Assembly: GCA_027923505.1 (NCBI GenBank)
Contig: BROI01000013.1
Span: forward strand, 496,001-560,000
Source: Mayamaea pseudoterrestris
Lineage: Eukaryota
DNA: 64,000 bases
Reading direction: 5' to 3'
This document shows, piece by piece, positions 1 through 9,114 of the stretch; the stretch's first letter is position 1; each line of letters opens with the position of its first letter. The notes under the pieces are model-generated. The model did not search any database and was not told the DNA's origin. It saw only the letters and a list, made by a program, of their open reading frames with translations. The position numbers and the translations under genes were made by a program.

Positions 1-2
1 TT

Positions 3-881
3 TTATTTGACTTGGCCCGTCTCGACCTGCTCATTCAACCGATCCATATACTCCTCCGCATCCTTTCTAGTCATACGAAAGCACTTGTACTCAATCTTGT
101 AAGACTGCTCGCGACCATCAGGATCCCGCAGCGAGACGAGCATGCCTGGAGGCAACGAGGTGTGCGGGAGCGGCGCGTCCACATCGTGAGGCTTGAATAG
201 ATAAGGAGCGCGCTTGGAACTCCTTTGACTCGTAGCGAGCGAATCGCCTTCCTTAGTTTCACCGTCAGTCAGCCAGGGACTCGAATCCAACTTGTCATGC
301 AGATCATGGTCCGTATCCCTGTACTCGAGCGTCTTGCGCCGCATGTCATCGTAGGCATCTCGCTCCACGCGGTAGCGATTGACTTCCCCCTCCGCCAAAT
401 CGTCATATTCGCGCCGATCTTCCTCGCTGAGTGACTTCCAACGTTGTCCAATCGTCTTGCCGAGCTCCTCGAACGAAACGCGACCAGAAGATTGCTCGTA
501 GATGCGGACGCGTTCTTTTTGGAAAAATAGATTGTATGCACTCAACGGTCTCTTGGGCATTCCCTTCTTCTTTTTCGTGCGGCGTGACGATGGTCCATGG
601 TGGATCGAAGCCTTGGATTCAGCCTTGGTAATCGTGGCCGTTGTATGCGCTGCAGCAGCAGCAGAATCTTGATCGCGCGCGGCAGCCGCCGTCTCAAACC
701 AATTACCGAGGCCAAGAGTGTCATTCATTTCCATCGCCCATTCTTCTTCTGATGCGTAGGCACCGTGGTTGCTACCATTGAGGTAAACTGCTTCATTTCC
801 TTTGCTTGAGGAGCGACCGATTCCTCCGACGCCATTGCCGTCAATCGCCTCGCTTGGATATCCTGTCATCACACCGCTCAT
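3..881 (-). CDS. HMG-box DNA-binding protein
   Basis: Canonical HMG box MPKRPLSAYNLFFQKER...FEELGKTIGQRWKSLSEEDRREYDDLAEGEVNRY, preceded by a basic NLS-like run (RRTKKKK). Stop at 3-5. Confidence 0.9.
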   Translation of the reverse strand: MSGVMTGYPSEAIDGNGVGGIGRSSSKGNEAVYLNGSNHGAYASEEEWAMEMNDTLGLGNWFETAAAARDQDSAAAAAHTTATITKAESKASIHHGPSSRRTKKKKGMPKRPLSAYNLFFQKERVRIYEQSSGRVSFEELGKTIGQRWKSLSEEDRREYDDLAEGEVNRYRVERDAYDDMRRKTLEYRDTDHDLHDKLDSSPWLTDGETKEGDSLATSQRSSKRAPYLFKPHDVDAPLPHTSLPPGMLVSLRDPDGREQSYKIEYKCFRMTRKDAEEYMDRLNEQVETGQVK

Positions 882-1613
882 GGTCTTCCTTTATCTTGGT
901 CCAGTTCTGTAAGGGGCGCGCCGTCAATTAGCAAGAGTCTCGGAGTTGCAACTATGAACAACGAGTGGGAGAAAAGGAAAGTGCGATTAAAGGAATCTGA
1001 GAGATGCATGTGCTTTACTGCGTGGAGAGCCACCGGTTGAAAGGCCTTGGAGCTCGACTTGACGCTTTTCGGCAGCGTCAACTTGCGTGGCATTCGTTCG
1101 AAGAGGTTCTCCGTGAATGATTCTGGCGTAAGAAGACTGGGCCGGCGTGCATGGCAATAGCTACGAGCTTCTCAAGGCTCTTTCACGCCACTAATGCATC
1201 CTTAAAATAATATTGCCCAATCTTGATGACGACGTTATTGGCGGAAGGTGACACCGATTTGCAAAGTGCCGCGCCTCAACCGGCATTTGCACACATGCGC
1301 GATTATCGTCGAGTAAGTTGCTCTTGTAACGGCTGAACAACGGCAATCGTGCGTTTCGAGCTCCGATTTAGCTAGCCAGGAGCGAGGTAGATGTGATGTT
1401 TGCAGTGTGGAGCAGCTACTTGGTAGACCTAATAATGTTGCAAGATATTAAGAGAGTTCAACTTCTTCACGTTCGGTGACGATTCGGTGGAGTCGAAGCC
1501 ACCCAATGACTTCTGTTTGGCTCAATCTGCAAAGGCATATCGGTTATTGTATGTTTAAGAAATGACTCCATACATTTGATAACAGTGATTGTTATTAACT
1601 GCAGTTATATATC

Positions 1614-2285
1614 TTAGGTACTGATATCCATTCGTCGCAGTTTCGCCGTCTCCAAGTGTTCCAATGACCGATGCAAGCGGCCATCCATTTGCAGAAATGC
1701 TGTTTGCAGGATTTGTAGCACATCCCCATGAGCCACAAGAATAATCATGTGATCTTGTAGCAAAGCATCATACTCGTTGACAACAGCAACAGCCCGACTC
1801 TTCACTGAATCAACAGACTCGACTTGATGTAAGGTGTGGGACGAGTCCTTGGCATCGTCATCCCACACAAAAGGATAGTTACCATCGCTTTGCATGTCAA
1901 AGTCTCCAAAACATCGCTCCCGTAATCGAATATCCACAATCACTTGCCCTTTATAAAGTGGTGGGAGGTTGTCACGTCGATTCGACCCCTCTATCGGATG
2001 TGGTGTAGTTTGGTAAACATTCCGAACCGCCTCGGCTGTTTCGTAAGCTCTTGCAAAGTCGCTTGATATTATGCAGAGTCCTTCGATTTCTGGATCATTG
2101 TACAATACATCGGCGACAGCATGGCCAGCTTGTATGGCTTGTATACGCCCAGTTTCGGAGAGGCCGAATTCCGCAGTCGTCGCAATGGATGGATCAGAAC
2201 AAATGATGCCAGCGACATTGGCACGGCTCTGGCCATGGCGCAGGGCAAAGATTTTGTTAGTTTTCAGTGGCAGGCGACTTAACAT
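1614..2285 (-). CDS. Histidine phosphatase / phosphoglycerate mutase family protein
   Basis: RHGQS motif, SSDFARAYETA, LRERCFGDFD and LVAHGD motifs. The likely start is ATG 2285 (MLSRLP); the ORF extends to 2408. Confidence 0.88.
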   Translation of the reverse strand: MLSRLPLKTNKIFALRHGQSRANVAGIICSDPSIATTAEFGLSETGRIQAIQAGHAVADVLYNDPEIEGLCIISSDFARAYETAEAVRNVYQTTPHPIEGSNRRDNLPPLYKGQVIVDIRLRERCFGDFDMQSDGNYPFVWDDDAKDSSHTLHQVESVDSVKSRAVAVVNEYDALLQDHMIILVAHGDVLQILQTAFLQMDGRLHRSLEHLETAKLRRMDIST

Positions 2286-2414
2286 GCTGACGGAGCGAGA
2301 AGAAGTTGCATGACAATGAGAAGTTAGTAAGCAACAACTGGGATAATTAAACAAAAATGAGCGATGCCCGCACTGCTGCGGATCGGTTAATGTATGGCGC
2401 TGCGACATTTGCCG

Positions 2415-3342
2415 TCATGGCTGCTGGTTTAAACTGGTGAGAAGTTCTCACCAATGGCATTGCAGCATCATGAGGCACCAATCAGGCATACCAACTTGAA
2501 ATACAGCCCGAATAAGGATGTTAGCACCATTCTGTCTTGATTTAGGCATACACATGGCTCAAGGTATGGGCATTAAAAAATGACGGCATCTGCTGGCTGA
2601 GATTGGTGACAAGTTGTCACTAATCACATTGCAGTCTACCAAGGGAGCCGCCAGGCAATTCATCTTGTAGCGCACCTGAAATAAGGATGTTAGCACCATT
2701 CTGGCATGATTTGGGCATACACGTGGCTCAAGGTATGGGCATTTGAACATGACGGCATGTGCTGGCTGAGATTGGAGACAAGTTGTCACCAATCACATTG
2801 CCGACTACAACCAGACAAGCCTACCATCTTGTAGCGCAGCCTGAATAATGACGTTGGCACCACTCTGGTGTATTTTGGGCACCTACAGGGCTTGCTGTAG
2901 GGGCGTTTGAATGTCATGGCATCTGCGGGCTGAGACTGGTGACAAGATGTCACCAATCACATTGCAGTCTACCAAGGGTTCAGCCAGTCAATCCATCTTG
3001 TAGCGCACCTGAAATAAGGATGTTAGCACCATTCTGGCTTGATTTGGGCATACACATGGCTCAAGGTATGGGCATTAAAAAATGACGGCATCTGCTGGCT
3101 GAGATTGGTGACAAGTTGTCACTAATCACATTGCAGTCTACCAAGGGACCCGCCAGGCAATTCATCTTGTAGCGCACCTGAAATAAGGATGTTAGCACCA
3201 TTCTTGCATGATTTGGGCATACACGTGGCTCAAGGTATGGGCATTTGAACATGATGGCATGTGCTGGCTGAGATTGGTGACAAGTTGTCACTAATCACAT
3301 TGCAGTCTACCAAGGGACCCGCCAGGCAATCCATCTTGTAGC
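2415..3342 (+). repeat. ~5.5 tandem copies of the 169-bp satellite, mostly subfamily A, with one subfamily B-like monomer (~2810-2950) and one highly diverged edge monomer
   Basis: AATAAGGATG or its variant recurs at 2511, 2680, 2844, 3013 and 3182. Palindromic cores are at 2435, 2604 and onward. The unit aligns by eye to the monomer of the 44-60 kb array. Confidence 0.93.
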
Positions 3343-3348
3343 TTGGTG

Positions 3349-3738
3349 GTGCAAAAAAATCATCCATAGCTGATTCCTAGCAGCGACGGTATGGGAGGGC
3401 AATCCAGACATCTACAAAGGAACCAGCTCCATGGTGCTACAGGGCATGGCCTTCCCAACCTACCCCCAATTGTAGCATTGCTCCATCAATCCTGTTTGGC
3501 TATGCTTGGGGACATGCTTGCGGTGAGATTGGCGCAAAAAGTCATACATAGCTGATTTCTAGCAGCTATGGTATGGGAGGGCAATCCAGACGTCCATGCA
3601 GGAATCAGCTTCATGGTGCTACAGTGCATGGCCTTCCAAACCTACCCCCAATAGTAGCCTTGCTCCATCAATCCTGTTTGGCTATGCTTGGGGACATGCT
3701 TGCGGTGAGATTGATGCAAAAAAATCATCCATAGCTGC
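3349..3738 (+). repeat. Tandem repeat of a 182-bp unit (~2.1 copies), unrelated to the 169-bp satellite
   Basis: ATGGGAGGGCAATCCAGA at 3391 and 3573; CTCCATCAATCCTGTTTGGCTATGCTTGGGGACATGCTTGCGGTGAGATTG at 3481 and 3663; CATCCATAGCTG at 3361 and 3726. Confidence 0.92.
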
Positions 3739-3957
3739 TTGGCTTTAGATATTTTGTATCAATTTGAATAGAAAGGAGTTGGAAGGGTACTGCATGAGTG
3801 CCTCTCCTTTATTTGGTGGACTAGAAGAGATCTCATACACCTTTAATTGGCTATATCTAGCCACTATTAAGTAGTTGGTGTGATGCCAATTTTAGCAAGT
3901 GTTGGCCATTTAACATACGACATAAGCTAAAGAGAATCACGTTCAATGAGTAAGATC

Positions 3958-5853
3958 TTAATAGTCAGTGACGTAAAAGTAGATGCCGCACCAATGGCAA
4001 AGGCTACCTGCTAATACAAACAAGTGCCATATTGCATGATCCAAATTGTGATTGCGAACAAAAAAGGGAACACCAGCCGTATAACCAACACCGCCAAGCA
4101 CCATAAAGTTGGTGCAGCCTTCGGGGAGCTTGCGAGCAACCTCGGGAAGGCAAACAAGTGCGCTCCAGCCTGCGAAAGAGAGATAACATGTGATGTGGGT
4201 GAGAAATCATGCTCATTCTCATGTTCAACCCCATAGGCTTTGTTCAATGTTGCAATATAACAAATAGTTCAACAACATACCCATTCCCAGATACATGGCC
4301 AGTGAAAAGAAGCGCTTGTAGTGGTAGGTTGGGAAGAAGGCTTCGACAAAGATTCCAAGGAAACAACACACCCAGATAAATGTGAGCAGATACACTGAAT
4401 ACAGTGGATCGTTCCACAAGACAATCTGCAAAAATGGCGTGTAGCTTCCAGAAATGAGAACATAAATGGCGCACTTGTCCAGCACCTCAAAGATATACTT
4501 TGTGTGTTGCAAAATGAAGAACGAATGATAGAGCGTCGAGCTAATGTAGAGCACAACCAGGGCCATTGAGTATACCATGCACGAAACAAAATGCCGCGAT
4601 GGCTTGTCATAAAGAGCCTGATACAAGAGCCAGCTCCCCGCAAATGCCATGAGCACACCAAGACCATGCGTGACTCCATTCATAATTTCCTGCAAGACCA
4701 AATTCCCTTCCAGATTGACATGAATGTAGCTCAAGTCCGGTTGCTCCGCCCGTGTTGCCAACGACCGCTCAATCGCCAGAGATCCCTTGAAACCAATAAA
4801 GTTCGCCGACAAGTCAATGTCAACCAGCCCGCACTGCTCACTGTTGCAAATCCATTCGCAAAAGGCCAGCGCACCTCGCTCTCCGACCCGACACCGTCGC
4901 AGATTCAACGTTTGAATGTTTGGATTCGACGAGCACGCGATAAAGATTGCCGACGATCCAAATGGACCAATAGGATTACGCTGCAAGTAAACTTGCGCAA
5001 CATGCTTGCTTGTTTGCAGCACCTTGCTCAAAGCAATCGCACCATGCGAGCGCATGCCCATGCCGGTACGATTATTGCTGCTGCCGCGAAAGTGTTTCCA
5101 GGGACCCGCCAAGTCGCGCTGTCGCAATGACGCCAAGCTAAAATCAAGGCGATGTAAGTACGCCAGTGGTCCATTCACGTGATGCAGCATCAACTCGCAA
5201 ACGGCCAACACGTCGGCGTCGCCCCAGAGTCCCGTCATGCGGAGGCACGGCAGGGAGAATCGCAGCGTCGCAGTGACTCCGGCATTGGGCGACACGTTGT
5301 AGAATTGGCAAGTCACCATGTAGTCGTGCAGCAAGCGCTCCGTCGTAACGTGATGATGCATTTGAGAGGAATGGTAAGCGTTTTTATGAAGCAGCATGGG
5401 TCCAACAACCAGCGGCGAAGCGGCAGAGTATTGGAGACGGAGCGACTGCAAGTCATAGTACTCGTGAGCCGCAAAGGATGATTTTGGTAGTACCACGTCG
5501 AGTTCCTTCTTGTCGTCGTCGTCCTGATTGTCGTCGCCATCAGTCTTTTTGTAGTTCTTCGAGTCATGCTGGGCAAACGTTGCGGCTGCGACCAGACCTG
5601 AAACGTCAGCCGTCTTGGGCATGAATACTACTTGGTTTCCACCTTGATTCCCAGAACAGCAATTGCAGTGCATTCCAGGAACAAACTTTAACAGTTGCAT
5701 CGACAATGGAAGGCAAGTTGGAGCCGGCGAATGCGTTGGTGAATTCGGACTGCTATTGTTATTGCCAGTCGCAGCCTCGTCGTCGCCGTTCAACGTCGTT
5801 TCGTTCTTCATTGCTTCCACAGAAATGCGACCTGGAAGGCGACGTCTTGACAT
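3958..5853 (-). CDS. RNI-like leucine-rich repeat + hemolysin III (HlyIII/PAQR) 7TM fusion protein; 2 exons (5853-4281, 4169-3958)
   Basis: LRRs ([37 protein letters not shown]) are followed by PAQR motifs NGVTHG, SSTLYH and [17 protein letters not shown] 111-bp GT-AG intron (4170-4280) gives exon 2, GWSALVCLP...[17 protein letters not shown]..., with a stop at 3958. Confidence 0.87.
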
Positions 5854-6125
5854 GGCGATGATGTAGATCGTGACAAGAGCAACGCAAGAAGAGACGGAGC
5901 AGCCAAAGTATTGGCCAACCGCAAGCAATTTTGATCATGGTGTGGTCGTGGTCGTGAATGAGCCAATCGCAGCGGTACACCATAGAGCATCGTAGTGGTA
6001 CTGAAAGATACCGATCGCGACGAGTGACCGCGGTTGCGTGACCATGATGACCCTCACTCTCACTCATCGAGCATCAACTTTTTGCTTTCCAACTACTCCT
6101 CAAATCTTCTTTCTTCTCCAATAAA

Positions 6126-6895
6126 ATGACTTATCAACATTCTCTCATTGCTTCAATCTTTCTGGTACTAGCTTGCTGGACGCTATCGCTGCATGCTCAA
6201 AACTTTGACTGCGCCGACCAGTCGCAAGCCTTTTCCTTCTGCGCACTCACCAACCAAAGTTCCTCCGCGCTCAACGAGTGCTTTCCCTGCGTCTACATTC
6301 AGTTTCCGGAGGATCCAACGTATGTATATTATTATTTGTGTGTTTGCTGGATGAAAGTCAGTCAGGTATCTTCTACGACCATTGACTCGTCATACCGATG
6401 AAATGAACCGAAAGATCAATGTGCATTCACAAAGCCAGACAATTTTATATACTCGCAATCTCTCACACATCAATTGTACTTGGAACACAGTTTTGACTGC
6501 TCCGCCTACAATGGACAAGTTTGTGGACTAGTGCAGACCAATTGTACCGACGCCTGTCCCCTGGACATTTGCGCCGACGAGTTTAACGCATGGCTGGTAC
6601 GTGTGAAACTGCAATAGTAACCATCTTGGCTGCTTGACGCTTCTAGCAATATTATTCGAGTGAACGCCGCAATAAATATCGCTTCGTCTCTCACTTCTCA
6701 TCATCCACTCCATCATGGCAACAACAGACGTGCGCGGCCGACCATCCTCGAAGGTGCAACGTGACGTGTGACTTCACGACAGAGGACAGTACCAGTGATG
6801 AAGAAAGCGGAGTGAATGCTGGCTTCCATATGGTCCGAGCAGTGCTAGTTGGTGTTTTATGTGCAGTGGTGGGAGCCGCGAGTGTGTGGTTGTAG
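6126..6895 (+). CDS. Small secreted cysteine-rich protein with a GPI-anchor-like C-terminus; 3 exons (6126-6319, 6491-6596, 6728-6895), 155 aa
   Basis: Signal peptide MTYQHSLIASIFLVLACWTLSLHA. Donors GTATGT (6320) and GTACGT (6597), with CAG acceptors ending 6490 and 6727, keep the frame. The putative mature region has 12 Cys and the protein ends in a hydrophobic tail, VLVGVLCAVVGAASVWL. Confidence 0.72.
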
Positions 6896-7172
6896 TTTAG
6901 ATAATTGGTGCTTGTAATATTGCTTCGTAATTGGGGCGACTGGAGAGCAGAACAGCTCAAGCAAAGCTACGCACAAAAAATGTTTATATATGATAAAAGT
7001 ATCGGTAGTTGGTGCATGCATTTATCGTATTCGACTTGCAGTATGATTTCATTGTCTAATTTATTACGTACTTACTTATCCGTGAGAGTAAACTTTCCAT
7101 GTCAACACCTTGGCCAATGTTCGAGCAGGTAAAATGCTCCATCGCGCACTCGAAGAAGCACTAACAAGTTGT

Positions 7173-7844
7173 TTATTCATCTTCTTCTCCATTCAATACC
7201 AACACTTTTCCTTCTCGAATCGCTTCCTCAACATCCGAATATAGCAAAAAGTGTGTTGATCCCTTGCTCAAGACAGCCGACGCTCCCGAGTCGAGCACCA
7301 TGGGACCCATGTTCACCATGACTCGCACCAAGACCCGATCGGATGGTTGCGGCGGCATGCTCGTGTAGGAACGCAAATCGTTGATGCTTCCATTGGTGGC
7401 TTGCCGCGTGTAGTGGCGCACCAAGTCGGCATACTCTTGCAGAAAGACTCGCTCCGCCGGACAAAGGTTTCCATTGGTTGTTTTGGCATCCACTTTACTT
7501 TCGTTCGTCTGCTGCTTCCAATACAATTCCTCCTGAATGCGTTGGAGTCGAACAACATGATAGGTTAACAAGCATCGCTTGTTGCGCTGGACGGCGGCAT
7601 TCTGCAGCAAGAGTGACGGCCGGACGTGAATGCTCGGTTTACTGTCTGCCGCATTGTTCGTCGTTGCTTCGACTTGATCCTGCAGGGCTTGACAGTGTAG
7701 ACGCAGATCCTGAATGGCATTTCCAACGACCAAGTCGTTGTAGGAGGGAATGGTGCAGGCGGAAGCGCTCGAGTCGACGTTATGTCCAGGCTCGGAGCGC
7801 TTGAGTTCCTGGAGAAGAGTACGTCCGTGCTGTCCGTAGTTCAT
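7173..7844 (-). CDS. PSF1: DNA replication GINS complex subunit Psf1
   Basis: N-terminal MNYGQHGRTLLQELKR, IPSYNDLVV and the RNKRCLLTYH..RLQRI motif. C-terminal B-domain VLVRV...LSKGSTHFLLYSDVEEAIREG. Confidence 0.88.
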   Translation of the reverse strand: MNYGQHGRTLLQELKRSEPGHNVDSSASACTIPSYNDLVVGNAIQDLRLHCQALQDQVEATTNNAADSKPSIHVRPSLLLQNAAVQRNKRCLLTYHVVRLQRIQEELYWKQQTNESKVDAKTTNGNLCPAERVFLQEYADLVRHYTRQATNGSINDLRSYTSMPPQPSDRVLVRVMVNMGPMVLDSGASAVLSKGSTHFLLYSDVEEAIREGKVLVLNGEEDE

Positions 7845-8215
7845 GATGATATGAAACGTTTGTTTGTATATCTGTGCTTCTCTCGATGAAAGGTGCAAGA
7901 AATTTGAATGTTTTTTGCTGTTCACGCCATGGTTGTGGTCGCGATGGATCCGTCCGCCAATGCGTGTCGTTCCGGTTATATTTTGCGTGTCGCTGCGGAT
8001 AGCTCAACGTCGGACCGTGACTTAAATCGATGACGTATCCGTCGCGCCATGGGCCATGCCGTTCCTCCTCGCCACCGTCGCTTGGATCATGCCAGCAACG
8101 AAAACAACTTGTTGATCCTATACCTGATTCATTTCCTGTGTCAGCTTCGACGATTACAATTGATCCCTCTTGTTTAGCTTACTTTCTGCATAGCAAGCTA
8201 CCACACACTTGCACC

Positions 8216-8914
8216 ATGAGATCTTTTGCACTCGCACTCTGCCTTGCCTCATCGGCATGTGCATGGACGCCATTGGCCGTTCCATCATCGTCCACTCGAT
8301 CCTCCTCAGCAACAACACTTTCGGCCGTCTCGACCCGACAAGCGTTTCTACAATTGGCCATGGCATCAGCTACTAGCGCCGTCTTGTTGGCGACATCGCC
8401 ACTGCCCGCAATGGCGGCAGCATCTGCCACCGAAACCACTCTTCCAAACGGCGTTTCCTACACTGTCAAGCAAACTGGAACTGGCCCCAAGCCAGAGATT
8501 GGTGAATTGGTTGCCATTCGATTCGCCGCCTACAATGCCGACATTAAGATTGACGACATTTTTGACACGCCCGAGCCATACTACACGCGCATGGGCAGTG
8601 GGGGCTTGCTCAAGGGAGTGGAGAGTGTCCTGCCGCTCATGAAGGTTGGAGATCGATGGGTACTGAGTATTCCGGTGAGTATAATGACAATGGTAAAAAT
8701 CACTTTTTGCCTCTTGATGAACTGAATTCTAACACTCTCGTCCCCCTCGTGGCACTCGACTTCTCAGGGCGAACTAGCGTTTGGCAAGAAGGGACGACCT
8801 GCTTCGGCGGGCAAACCACGCATTCCGGGCGATGCAACCATTACCTTTGACGTTGAAGTTGTCGGTCTTCCAGGCCGAGAAGTGGAGCTGATTGAACTGA
8901 TTGGGGATGTCTAA
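8216..8914 (+). CDS. FKBP-type peptidyl-prolyl isomerase, plastid/thylakoid-lumen targeted; 2 exons (8216-8674, 8768-8914)
   Basis: Signal peptide with an ASAFAP-like cleavage site (ACA-WTP), a Ser-rich transit peptide and a lumen-type signal ending PAMAA. FKBP motifs GTGPKP, LLKGVE..LPLMKVGD and, after a 93-bp intron, GELAFGKKGRPASAGKPRIPGDATITFDVEV. Confidence 0.9.
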
Positions 8915-9114
8915 AGGAGTTACCATCGGAACGCTAAACCTTTCGCACAACGTGGTCAATCATGCTCTACTGATAACATGTTTGACTCACGAAGAGAGCA
9001 CAATTTAATAACCTAATACTTCGCTATAATTCTTGTTACTTTGAAGTTTTAGTTTATAGACTACTTAGATGTAGCGTGAACTTGGTCACACCAGATTGCT
9101 TAACCGCGGTCGAA

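Noticed and set aside
878..1093. 71-aa upstream ORF overlapping the HMG start (ATGA) as an extra exon or regulatory uORF
   Set aside because: The candidate splice acceptor does not join it in frame to the HMG ORF, it has no recognisable domain, and it is compatible with chance.
2559..3291. ORFs 2559-2792 and 3061-3291, and similarly 43451-43813
   Set aside because: These are translations of satellite monomers with no protein features.
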